Source of the DNA: Paraspadella gotoi
Taxonomy: Eukaryota; Animalia; Chaetognatha
Assembly (NCBI GenBank): GCA_051294375.1
Contig: JBJCIZ010000239.1
Location: 3,948,402 to 4,012,401, forward strand
Direction: 5' to 3'
DNA length: 64,000 bases
Part shown: piece after piece, positions 1 through 12,191 of the stretch
Layout: each line of letters starts with the position of its first letter
Position numbering within the stretch: position 1 is the first letter of the stretch
Translations under genes and position numbers: made by a program
The notes under the pieces: generated by a model
Told to the model about the DNA's origin: nothing
What the model saw: the letters and a program-made list of their open reading frames with translations, nothing else
The model's database searches: none

Positions 1-1668
1 ATGTCTTTTTGATTGGCGCGACCCTTCCAGAGTCTTCTTCGTGAAGCAAGTTTGATAAATCGAGGCATCTTTATCCCGTGTCGTCGCCCGGAGCCCTCGT
101 TGATTTACGGCGTCGGTCGAGCGTCGTCTAAAACATTTCCCATAAATTGAGCATGAAATAATCTACATTGAAATCCTCTCGCGAAAATTCTCTCGTCGTC
201 ATTCGTTCCGACCGAGTTCTTTCCCAACCAGATGACAGAGGAAAGATTCGATAAACAAACTCGGCCCTTCCTCTCCACCAGGAGGATTCGACGGGACAAT
301 TCGAGCTTACCGCGCGATGACACTCCTCGTCACTCATGGATTTGGCAAATAAAGTGCCAAAAAGGTCGCGTCGAGGGTCTCGGGGTTCGAAATCCAGTCT
401 TCCTACTCATGAGGGTAATTCACGTAAGCGCCAGTAAGAGAGAATTGAAGTCCGGCCAAGACGGAGTCACGAAACCTCGCCGCCCGACTCGTTGCGTAAG
501 AGTCTTAAATCTCCACGGAAGTCCGGCAGCGATCCGAGTCGGGGACTCCGCTCTTCAAGCCGGAGCACGCGGCAGAGCCGCCAGCGTGCGCCAGGCATCA
601 CCCGGAGGCCCTGAAGCGTCCCGTGCAGCTTGCCAGCCGTGAAGGCGGCAGCCGGCGAAGCAGCTCGTCCAGATGGGCGGCGCTCCATTCGATGGGGACT
701 GATTATCGACGCCTATCGATCGTGGGCCTCGCGACGGCGTCCATTTCAGCAGAGGGGGGTCGCCGGTTAAAGAAGCGAAGGAAGCAGGTGGCAACTCGCG
801 GCGGTCCGCAACCGGAACGCTCGTCTCCATAGCAACGCGAGATGCAGCATCATACTTCTCGAAGGAGATATTCCTATTAACTTTTCGCTCGAGAGAACTT
901 CCCACGTAAGAGGGCGCCAGTTTGATCGTCCGAATTGCGTCGCCATCTAATCGAGGTTTTCGCCGCTCAATTCGTCCCATGGAGTCGAATCACACCACGC
1001 CATCATACTTGAGTTTGCCGTCACCGATGGAGTGAAAGGAAAGTGACAGAATTAGGCAAAGCCGACGATGGGTTGCTATTCCGCCGTCACGCGTCGCTGC
1101 AATGCTGTCGAGACGGAGCTTTGAACAGCTTCATCCCTCCACAACCAATGAGCGGAACCCGAGGTCTCGTTGAACAGTTTCGAAAATCATCCTCGCATCG
1201 ACGACTCAGGTCGTCTGTGTCCAGAAGGCCTCCCAAGTCTAAGGAAAATACGTTTCCATCTCTCGAAATACAACAAAAACGCTGTCGAGGCCGTTCGCCG
1301 CGCCGACGCTCGCGGGATCGCGCATCCGCAAGCATCCGGCCGCCCGCAGGCGACGCGGCACAGCGCTGCCGTCTCACGCAGCATACCTGCAAGGCGCCCC
1401 GGGAGGGGCCCGGGGGCGCCCGGGCTCTCGACGAAAAATGCGACGGCAGGAGATCAGGAGCCGGGCGAGATGCTGCCGTGACTGCGTGGAAGGCTTCCAT
1501 CGCCTCCAGAGGTCGTGTGAGTCGGTCACGTGGACGACCGAGAGGAACGCGTTGGACTTTGAAGATCGAAACTTCGTTGTCGAACGGATGAGATCGAGGA
1601 GGAAGAAGAGAAGAGGAGAAAGACAAGAGTGCAACGTACGCTTGAAGATAGGAGTTTATGAGCTCCAT
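1..1668 (-). other. Unidentified intronless coding-like block, frameshifted, runs off the window (weak D5/SF3 helicase-like hints)
   Basis: ATG at 1668 follows an AT-rich leader; the block is GC/CpG-rich, free of microsatellites, and has long overlapping ORFs. No diagnostic motif is intact. Confidence 0.4.
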
Positions 1669-2069
1669 TGTAATTTATTTATTTTATTTATTTTATTTAT
1701 TTGTTTATATTAATTTAGTTGTTCTACTAATTTTTTATTTTTTCATTTTTTATTTCGTCTCTTCTGTTTTAGTATCGTCGGTCTCATTTATATTTTCTTC
1801 ATGACTATTAACTATTAACACTTTACAACTGTAATTATATACAGTGTAATACAGTAATATATACAGTGTATAGTAATACAGTAAAGTAAACAAAACTTTA
1901 ACAACGTTGAACGACAATAGGTAATATGTATTTATAACATTTAACACCAATTATCTTATGGAACAAAACAAGATTTCGAAGTCCTATACTAAAGCATTTT
2001 GCCTGTGAAGCCAGTAAGGGAATAAACAGTTCAATCAATGTAAGCTTGTAGATAAAAGAAGAAAGATTA

Positions 2070-2154
<85 letters not shown>

Positions 2155-2766
2155 AGGAGAGAGAATATCGCAGTCGTCACTTTTTTTCTTTAAACCTTGG
2201 CTTTTTCTGTTAAATGATATTGACTGTTAAATTCCTGACCTTAAGACTGAGACCTGTTTTTGAGACAATAGAGTCTAGGTCCGGTTTCATAGAGTTTTCC
2301 TCGGGATTTTGTCTCTGACTGTTTCCCCTCTGTTGCTTTTAAAGCAATAACTCTCTTCGGGTCGTATTCTTATCTGAAACAGCAACAACTAAATTATTTT
2401 TTTATTTGCTTTTATTTAAAACGAATGTTGAAAAAAGCCTCTCTCTGTGCCATAAGATGTTTTTCTTTTCATTCCCTTTTTCTTTTTTTTTCATTTCGTC
2501 TGCTATCTTGTCACTTTCGATTTAATCGCGACGTAGGCAAAAAAATTGACGGTTTATTAATCGATATTTTAATTATATTTCCCAAAGCAGTTATTTAAGC
2601 ACACCCTTCTAAGTAGGGTCTTGTAAAAATTACTAGCGATTTTATATTAAGCGCGAAAGTGCTAAATGGGCAAAATACGTCTTGACATTTCAATGTGCAG
2701 CGAAAGCAGTCATTAATTTTACCTGCCCTGAAGGCGCCCAGACTTAGCAGGCAATGATAAAAACGA

Positions 2767-4716
2767 ATGACGTCGATCAACAACAACAATATCGAATTGG
2801 ATCCCCCTCATCTACTTATCCCCCCACCGATCAGTTTCGTCTGCCACCACTTGCAGACCAACGGTGTCCCAAATCGACATTCATCAGACGTTTCTCTCTA
2901 CCGTCGCGCCCGGCCGGCAAGAAACTAGCGAGACTGCAGCGGCCACGTGTCAGAGCGCGGCAAGCAACCGCCCGACAGGAGCGCAGCAGCTTGACGAAAT
3001 TGAGACGATTAGCGACAAGACGGGGCAAAGTCTCTTTCTCGTCGCCCACTGTTTGAGACAGGTCCTGTTGGAACACGTGGATAAGCAGGTCGTGACGTCA
3101 GATGGAGATCGGCGACCGCCCCCGTAGCTGAACGAGTGGCGGCTGCCGAAATGCTAACCCGCTGCTGACTCCGCGCTTCTATCGGCGACCGCCCTCTTTG
3201 ACAAACGACCGCAGACGTCATCTTTCGTGAGACTCGCCACTGTTCGTCGTCGCCGCTTTGATCGTTGGGGCTCAGCTTCTCCGCGGCTCCGCTCATGCCG
3301 ACGTCGGCTCCTAGTCCCCTGTTTGCTCGGCTCTTCAAATAGCGGGCGCCGGCGGCTCAGATCTACCGAGGCGGAAACTCGCCAGCTAGGAGCTCCGCGA
3401 GGTCGAATCGAATTCGGTTCGTAGTATAAAGCCTCTCGCTTTCTATTCCCTTCACTTCTTGCTCTCTCTCAAATCCTATACGCTTCTCTTGAATTCCTCC
3501 TCTGACCAAAGCTGGTCGTGCTCGTTCCTTTCGCTGGAGATAGACGTCTCGAAGGTAAAAAGACACAGAGGATGACGCACGCTGCCAACGACCCATCAAA
3601 CGCCAGAGGTGAATCCTTCGTTACCACGCGACGAGAAAAATACGAACGGAGAAAAACGAAAACTCGGATTTCATAATCCGATCTTGCTGGTCACGTCGAC
3701 ATCGCTCACTTTCCACATGCCCGACGTCACTCTCCTTCAAAAAACTTCCACGACTTTCGACAACTACCGTACAAATGCGCGAAGTTCTTACGGCAAATAT
3801 TCCTGCGTCCCAGCCGCAATAGGGTCGACGAACGGGTTCCCGTTGGTCGCAAGGGGTCGTAGCCCTATTTGGGATTAAAGCCCGTCCACAGAAAGATCGG
3901 CCATTTGCCAGGAGAATAAGGATAATCAAGAAAAGGCGTAAGCGTCTCGGAATTCCTCGTCAGAGAATATCGCAAAGATTTGATTCGAAAGCTTTCCCCC
4001 AGGCCAAATGTCGCCAGGAAACGCGATACCACTTTTTTCTCCACGGAGACATGACAAGCGGGACGACGAGTCCAAGAAAATTTAGGCCGTTTTCGTAGAG
4101 CTCGGAGACACATAGGAAATGAGGGACGGAAAGCGTAAATTATTAACAAAGGCGCCAACAAAGAAAAAGATGCCGAAATAAGACCAAGAAACAGATTGAG
4201 CAACTGACACAAGGCCAGAGGAAACTGCTGGCGCGTGTCTGGCTACAGCAATAACGCCGGCTTCGGCTCGCCCGAAAGGACGACGAAACCGGACGTGATA
4301 CGAGAGTCGCGCCCTCTGGGCCACAGCGCTACCATCGCTCCGATTGAAAACGCGGAAGGCAACCAAGGCGATCAGGCGCTCGGCGGACCGTCCCATGATT
4401 CTTCTCTCTCGCGTCTCGCTACGATGTCGCCCGAGGAGAGAGAACGAGGCGACGATAAAGAGATAAATGAGATCGAGACGGTTGAAGAAAGAAGACGAAC
4501 GAATGGTTTGGGACGCCAGAGATCGATCGTTGAAGAGAACGAAAAGATGAAATGTCGAAGATCGAACGAGCGAATGAGAGAGTCTGATTTGAAGCGATGT
4601 CGTTTGGAGAAGTCGATTTCGGCATTGGATTAGGGGCCGACCGTGATGCCCCGGCGCTTCGTCGAAGTTGATTACGTGAACCGACGAAGAACATCCCGCG
4701 GCTTCAAAAATTTTAA
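2767..4716 (+). other. Unidentified intronless coding-like block, frameshifted, with an acidic C-terminal region
   Basis: ATG at 2767 (MTSINNNNIELD...), protein-like pieces such as QQLDEIETISDKTGQSLFLVAHCLRQVLLEHVDKQ and SVSEFLVREYRKDLIRKL, and an abrupt return to AT-rich DNA after ~4716. The strand is inferred. Confidence 0.35.
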
Positions 4717-6139
4717 TGAATTAATCGAATAATGGATTTAAACTGAAGTTTGCAAACGCGGGAAAACAATTTTTCCTCATTTTTTTTTAAATTAAACATA
4801 CGAGTAATCTACGGTTTTTTTGTCAGTACGATAGATACCGTATAATACTTAGAATATGATTGTTATTGAATTTTCAAATATATATATTTTTTTGGGGGGA
4901 AACCGATATAGAGAAATTCGTATAAGTATAAGTAAATCCTAATTAAATCAGACTTCCTTGCAAATTCTAGAAAATAAAAGATATACATAAACAGTTGTTC
5001 GCAAGTCAATCTCGCTTAAAACTTTTTCTGAGTTGTAAAACAGGTTTTTCTGCAATGGCAGTTTTTCGATCGTAGATTAAACTCAGCTGACAATTTCTGT
5101 CATTCTCATTTCGAAATAGTAACCTATGTTTATTAGTCGGATCTGCTTATAATTATAAAGCAAGAGTCCTGACACTCTAAGTAAAACATTCACTTGGTCA
5201 GGTCCGTCTCGGTCCGACCCTCATATACCCCCTCAATCTTGGTCAGGCATTAACCGTAAATCATGTATCAGAACATTCGAAATTATGATAAATTATAGTG
5301 GCACAGATCAGAGAGAGCGAAGAAAGAGATGTCCTTCCGACCTCCGTCTTCGTACCTCACGTCCATACTGTCTATCAATTCTGTCATGTCTGTCTCTCTC
5401 TGTCCGTTCGTCCATCCCGTCCATCCCAACCTAGCAAAGAGCGCGCAATTACTCGTGATTGGAATGGATGGGAATTGAATTAAAATTGTTGTGTTGGGTA
5501 GGGATAGACAGGTGAATTAAGAGCTGGATAAAAGTTTCGATGGGAATCGTCCTGAGTGGAAAAGAGGTTTAAATAGAAAAAAAAAATCTAATTTCACTAT
5601 TTGAACACCAATTAACTCTGAGGTGGATGGGGCGAGTAACCTGAAATTTTTATTAAGTGTGAGAAAAAGATTAAGCTGGAAATCAAGTTTCGAATGGAAA
5701 TCGTTTGAAGTGGAAATGAGTTTGCAAATGTAAAAAAACAAAAAACCTGTTTCACTAATTTATTATGCTAGTCTTTTTCTTTTTATATTAAAATGTAAAT
5801 GCATAGATGTATTAATTAAATAAAAATAATTAATCCAGTTACCTAATCAATTAGTCAATTAAATTAATCACTAATAATGTAATTCAGACAATCAATCAAA
5901 ACAAAATATAATTAATTAATATAACTTACGATAATGATCGTCGGGCCAATCCGACATTGTTTCGCTCAAACTTGTTAAGATACTGTGAAAAGGCAGTCTA
6001 CCATTCGTCTTAACATAAGCTCCAAATAAGTAGAATAAAAAAAAGTTTCAATAGCATTTTCCAGACTGACTTTTCTCCGTTGCACTTTCCCCAATGCCCC
6101 GCCGCCCCACAAACTCACGCGATCCAATCCGTATTCCTC

Positions 6140-6171
<32 letters not shown>

Positions 6172-7779
6172 CGAAATCGGACAACTTGACCGGAAAAACC
6201 CGGCCCGCTAAATTCCCAGGCTCGACCTCGAAATCGGCGCGATGTACAGGATTCGAACCGGCCGACTAATGTACCCAGTCGACGAGAAAGTCTGGACTCT
6301 GTCCATACCAGCGAAGACGGAAGTTCGACGGTTGGAGAAGGAAAACAAGGAAGGGGGGAAGTGGGGGGTGAGGGGGCGGTGAGGGGGCAAAAGGTCGCGC
6401 AGGGGGGAGAAGAGAGAAAAAGTTGTTTTATGATCTCTGGTCCGGAAAAGCTTTGTTTTTTTTTCTCATATAACGACTGGGAGGGATTCGATGTCACGGT
6501 CGGGGGGTGAAAACAGAGAATTTTCGTTGGTTGTTGTTTATAAAATAAAAAAAAGTTTATTTAGTCTTTTCTTGTCATTACTAATTTTTTAACGATGAAA
6601 CAAAACTTATTAGATTTTACTTTATTTATGAGCACATAACCCGACAAAACTTTTTTTTTTTAGAATTATTAATAGAATAATTGATGCGGTGATAAGAAGA
6701 CCAATATGTATATATCTAGAATCTATCTTAGAAATCCGTTCAGAGATTAAAATTAACGGTTGTTAATTCGCGTCGTCGTCCGTCGTCGTCCGTCCGTCCG
6801 TCCGTATCGTCCGTGCCGGTCCGTATCCGTCCGTCGTCGTGCGGTCGTCTTCGCCTTTTTCTTTGGTTTGTTGGTTTTGAAGAAAACAAAACGAAATTTC
6901 CTGAACCAGGAAAAACGACGTCGAAAAGGTTGGAAAAAATAGGGGACGTGGAGGTAAGTTGGGTGGGTGAGGAGCGATGGGTAAGGTCAACCGGTGTTTA
7001 AGCGGTAGAGAGAGGGGTTGGAACAAAGGAGACTAAGTCCGGAGGGAGCGATATAAGCGTGGAATGACATGGCAAGGGAGTCGCCTTGACCAAGGATGTT
7101 GAAGGCGGAACCATAAAACGTCGTTCCAGGACTGAAAAGGATGTAAAGATCAGCTCGAAGTCGAAACAATAGAGAAAGATTATGAAAAAAAAAAGGAGAT
7201 AATATAAAATCGGGAAAAATAAAATCATTTCGCCAATTCAACACAAATACCCGTGGCCCATTTGCAAAAACCCTTCTTCACTATACTCGTTTTTCCTGCC
7301 GCACTCTGTCTGCACTATCCTTATAAAACACCAGACCAACTGACTCGACGGTCATTGCACGCACCACGATCACCATTCTAAAAATGTAAACCCTTCTATG
7401 AACACACCCCCCTCCCCCAACGACCAGGACCATTTATTCTCTATCAAGGTTCCTTAGCCCAACGACGAGTCGTCCCAAAAAAGTCTCTTAGGACGCGAGA
7501 AAGGCTCAAAGACGCACAAAACGCCTCCCGCGGAGAAGGAAGAGAAGTCATGCCGAAGACGCGGGCGGAGGAGGAAAGGAAAGAGAGAAAGGAAGAGGTA
7601 AAAGGAGAAAAAGGAAAAAGAAATGATTTGACTTAAGGGGGGTAGGGAGGATGTTTAAGAGTTTTGGGAGGAAGAAAATATAAGGAAAGAAAGAAACATT
7701 GGGGAGGAATAAACAGAACAATTTAAAAGAATACGATTTGAATGAATGGATTTTAATACGTCACTAAAGAAAATATAAA

Positions 7780-9490
7780 GGATTGATATATAAATTTCTG
7801 AAAGAAGAAATCACCGAGCAACGAAAGACAAGTCTGAAAACTGAAAGACATAAAACAAAGAGAGACATATACTAAAAGAGAGAAAGACTCAAAAAGAAAA
7901 AAAGAGAGAGAAAAAAAAAGAGATTATGTGACGAGCAGCATAGACGCGTGAAACGAAAACCGAAGAAGAGAAAAGATGACTTAAAAACTGAAGTAGAGAA
8001 AAGAAGCAGAGAAAAATGAGAGAGGAGATGGATTAAAAAAAAATAAAAAAAGAATAAGAAAAAGAAGAGAAACGAAATAGACGACAGAATAGTAAGCCAA
8101 ATGGAAAGGAAAACTAAAAAAGAAAAAATAAAGAAGAGAAAAAGAGAGATAAAGAGAACAGATAAAGATGAACAGATGAAAAACAGAAAGAAAAAATAAA
8201 ATAGAGAAACTAAAAGAGCACGAACTAGTAAATACTAAAACACACAGAAGCAGGAGAATGAAGAGACGAAGAAAAGAAGTAAAAGAAAAATAACTAAAAA
8301 AAAAAGAGATAAGAAAAGAAACTACTGAAAAAACAGAAGACAGAAATTAAGAGAAAAAAAAGGAACAGAAGAAAAAGAAAGAAATAATACAAAAAAAAAA
8401 AGAGAAGAACAAAAAGAAAAATCAGAGAAAATCGACACGAAGAGAGAACCAAAAAGATACGAAGGAGATCAAAAAAGAAAAAGAAGAGAAAGGAAGTAGT
8501 AGAAAAAAATAAAAAAGACAAAAGAAAAAAAAAGACTAGGAAAAAGATAAGAACAACCAAGAAGGAGAAAAACGAAAGAACAAATAAAAGACGAAGAAGA
8601 AAAAAATACGAGAAAGAAAGAGAGGAATTAAAAAACAGAAAAGAGAGAAGAAGAAACAAGAACAAAGAAAAATGATCAGAAAGAAAGAGATAAGATACGA
8701 AAGAAAGAATAGAAGAAAGAAGAAGCCTGAAGGATTAGAGAAAAATGAACAAAGGATCATAAGAAAATTGAAAAGACAAAAAAAGAGAAAGAAATGAAAA
8801 GAACTGAGAAGAAACAGAGAGGAAAAAACTATCTGAAAAAGATTCAAGATAGAACAAGAAAAGGAGATAAAACAAGAAGAAAGAATAAAGAACGAAAGAA
8901 AAAATGAAAAAAAAAGAAAAAGAAAAACCAAAAGAAAGATAAACAAAAGAAGAAAGGATAGAGAAAAGAGAGAGAAAAAGAAAGAAGAGATTAGAAAGAA
9001 GTTAAGACAAGAAAAAAAAACGAAAAGAAATCGAAAATAAAAGAAAGAACAATAATAAAAAATGAAAAAAGAGGAGACGAAAAGAAATAATAAGAGATCG
9101 TGAAAAAATTCTGAAAAACATTGCAATAAAAAAAAAACGAAAGAGAAAGAGAGAGATAATAAGAGAAAAAACTGAGATGAAGAGAGAGAAAGAGAGATAA
9201 GAAGAAAAATAGAGAGAAGAAAAAAATAAGACAAGAAAAAAGAAAGATACTAAAGTGAAGAACTATGAAAAGATAGGGAGAGCAGAGAACTATAGGATCA
9301 CTAAGGCGATAACGAGAAGAACAAAGAAATCTGAAGAAGAGATAAAAATGAGAAAAAAAAGAAAAACTAAGAAAAAAGAAGAAAAAAAGAGAGAGCAGAA
9401 GAAAAAGAAATAGATAAGAGAAACAAAAAGGGCAATAAACAACAAATCTAAACAAAAACGAAGAAGAGAAAGAGAAAAAATGAGAGAAAG
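7780..9490 (+). repeat. ~1.7 kb A/G-rich low-complexity tract
   Basis: Almost all purines on the + strand; this produces the spurious F/L/S-rich ORFs. Confidence 0.9.
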
Positions 9491-10084
9491 CGACATCGAA
9501 ACAGAAAGGCATGGGTCCACACGACTTGTTTATGGCACCGCGCGGCGAGACCGGTGGTGCATGCGGCTACACCTACGCAGTGGATTGCTGTTCATATCTA
9601 GCTCGATGGTCGTGCCTTACCACCTGCGGGCTCGAGCATCAGCAAGACTTTTACTTAGATGGCAGGTGGGTCCTCATCATGCCCGTGAGGAAAGAGGCTG
9701 ATGCGCCGTAACATCGAAGCGATCTATTTCTCTCCTGTCTCTTCCTCTCTTTCTCCCTTTCTTTCCCTTCCTTCCTTCCTCATGACCCTCTCCCCACCCT
9801 CCCTCTCTCTCTACTCTCCCTCTACTTTCCTCTCCTCTTTGCCCCCTCCCTCCTTCTTCTCCCTCTCTCCCATCCTCCTCTTTTCTTTTCTCCCTCTACT
9901 ACCCTTATTCCCTTCTCCTCCCATCTCAGCGCCACATCACGCATTCCGATCGCAAGCACTGGACTCCTCCTCCTCTTCCCTCCTCTCCTTCCATCGATCA
10001 CCACCCGCTCTTCGTCTGCGTAGACGCGCCGCCTACCACCGGCGACGTCTCCGTAATCTCTCCACTTCTCCTCCTCTTCCTACC

Positions 10085-10400
10085 TCACCGACCTCCCCTC
10101 CTCGCGCTCGCATCACTTCCTCTCCTCTTCTTCCTGCATCCTCCTCCTGCTTCTCTCTTCTCCTCCTCCTCCTCTTCCTCNNNNNNNNNNNNNNNNNNNN
10201 NNNNNCTTCGTCTCCTCTCTTCCTCTTCCTCCCCCAGCCCGCCGTCTATGTCCGGCGGCAGAGGATGTTTCTTCAATTCGCCGTTAGGGGCGCGACAACG
10301 TCGTTCCTCGTCGTCGTCGTCGTCGACATCGGGTCCCGGATATTTCCGGAAGACGACGCCGTCGGAACTGACGCGTTTGTGGGCGTGGTTCCGGTTAGAT
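10085..10400 (-). CDS. Cytoplasmic tail exon (RSNRNHAHKRVSSDGVVFRKYPGPDVDDDDDEERRCRAPNGELKKHPLPPDIDGG...); 3' end uncertain across a 25-N gap
   Basis: CAG acceptor at 10403-10401; phase 2 puts it in frame with ORF 10085..10276. The reading frame after the gap is not reliable. Confidence 0.7.
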
Positions 10401-10956
10401 CTGATTTGAAAAGAGTCGCGAAAAGGAATTCAGCAATCAATGTAGATCAATCAATCAATCAATCAATCTTCAGTTCATCATTTTGGGAATCGACGATCAA
10501 AAACTAATAATTAAAATAACTAACAAATTTCATACCATTCAGTTCAGTTATCAATCAATGGCCAATAATTGCCCAATCAATAACCAATCGATCAACCAAT
10601 CAATCGACAAATGAATCGCTCCATCAATCAATCGATCATTCATTCAATCACCCGATATTTCGTCCATTCAGTCACCCAAAAGATCATCCAATCAAACAAC
10701 CAACCAATCAATGATTCAATAGATCGGTTAATCAATCAAACGCGTAATCAATCGCCAACCAATCACCCCAACCAACAGACCAATCACGCTCTCAATCACA
10801 CCAATCAAATTCCCCCACCCCTTGCTAGCAATCTGGGTTAAAGATTAGGCTCAGGGACTAGGGTTAACTAAGTTTAAAACCATATTTAAATCAAATATTA
10901 AAGTTAAGAATTTAATGGGGGCGCTCTCGGAAAATAGAGCCCAGATCGGCTCTCAC

Positions 10957-11103
10957 CTTCTCGCGCAGACGACGACGGAAGTCAGCAAGAAGACGATGAG
11001 ACAGGCGGCGCCACCGGCGACGACGCCGCCCACGAGAAGTCCGCCGTCGGGAGGAGGTGGGGAGGAGTCGGAGAGGGAGAGGAAGTCGGTGGAGGAAGAG
11101 GAG

Positions 11104-11137
<34 letters not shown>

Positions 11138-11163
11138 GGAGTTGATCGAGGGAGGCCGCGGAT
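10957..11163 (-). CDS. Ser-rich stalk plus transmembrane exon (...DGGLLVGGVVAGGAACLIVFLLTSVVVCARR)
   Basis: 207 nt, TAG acceptor, GTGAGA donor, phase 2-2; hydrophobic stretch followed by basic residues. Confidence 0.85.
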
Positions 11164-11245
11164 CTAGAGGGATAGAGAGAGGGGGGGGGGCAGAGGAAAG
11201 AGAAAGGTTGTTATTGTTGTAGCGGGAATGGCACATAATAATCGT

Positions 11246-11452
11246 GACCCGGTGGCTCATTTACTAAAAACGTCGGATCATGATCACCGAGTTCCGGGTT
11301 CAATTCTTACCCGGCACCTGCCCTGTGGCCAGCGTGAGGGCGACCGTAAACTCTCTCTGATTCTAAGGCCAGGACCCGTTCCGTTGCTGCTGAGGGGGGC
11401 AGTGAAGACACTGATTGGAGAGTTCACTCTTCAGCCCATTTAGCGCCTTATC
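11246..11452 (+). mobile_element. tRNA-derived SINE-like element
   Basis: Head GGTGGCTCA (A-box-like), GGTTCAATTC (B-box-like) and core CCAGGACCCGTTCC shared with other copies in the window. Confidence 0.65.
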
Positions 11453-11947
11453 CAAATTGAACTCTTCCTTACATTCTCTCTCCCCTCCCTACNNNNNNNN
11501 NNNNNNNNNNNNNNNNNNNNNNNNNNNNNNNNNNNNNNNNNNNNNNNNNNNNNNNNNNNNNNNNNNNNNNNNNNNNNNNNNNNNNNNNNNNNNNNNNNNN
11601 NNNNNNNNNNNNNNNNNNNNNNNNNNNNNNNNNNNNNNNNNNNNNNNNNNNNNNNNNNNNNNNNNNNNNNNNNNNNNNNNNNNNNNNNNNNNNNNNNNNN
11701 NNNNNNNNNNNNNNNNNNNNNNNNNNNNNNNNNNNNNNNNNNNNNNNNNNNNNNNNNNNNNNNNNNNNNNNNNNNNNNNNNNNNNNNNNNNNNNNNNNNN
11801 NNNNNNNNNNNNNNNNNNNNNNNNNNNNNNNNNNNNNNNNNNNNNNNNNNNNNNNNNNNNNNNNNNNNNNNNNNNNNNNNNNNNNNNNNNNNNNNNNNNN
11901 NNNNNNNNNNNNNNNNNNNNNNNNNNNNNNNNNNNNNNNNNNNNNAC

Positions 11948-12191
11948 CCTCCCGTCTTCCATTTTCTCCTCCTAACGACGATCGTGATCCGCGACTCCAC
12001 CGCGCCGGCGACGTTTTCCGCGCGACAGACGAAAACTCCCGACGTAGCGTTGGTGACGCCGCGTAGCGTCAAAGACGACGTCATCAGGGAGGCGTCGTCG
12101 TCGTTGTTGTTGTTGTCACTGGTGACGGAGATTGAGTGATTGGCGCTACGAGGCGGAAGAGGCCGCGCGTCTTTGTACCAAAGAGGGGGCG
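11948..12191 (-). CDS. Ig domain exon, 5' end lost in an N gap (WYKDARPL...SSLTLRGVTNATSGVFVCRAENVAGAVESRITIVVRRRKWKTG)
   Basis: I-set Ig motifs W-Y-K, LTL and GxFxCxAxN; GT donor at 11947, phase 2, compatible with the next exon. Confidence 0.9.

Noticed and set aside
6225-6310. tRNA gene on minus (GGTTCGAATCC B-box)
   Set aside because: No convincing cloverleaf or A-box could be built; at most a SINE remnant.
8294-9520. Long F/L/S-rich 'membrane protein' ORFs, and similar ones elsewhere (16228, 41396, 54839)
   Set aside because: They are translations of purine/pyrimidine low-complexity tracts and (AG)n repeats.
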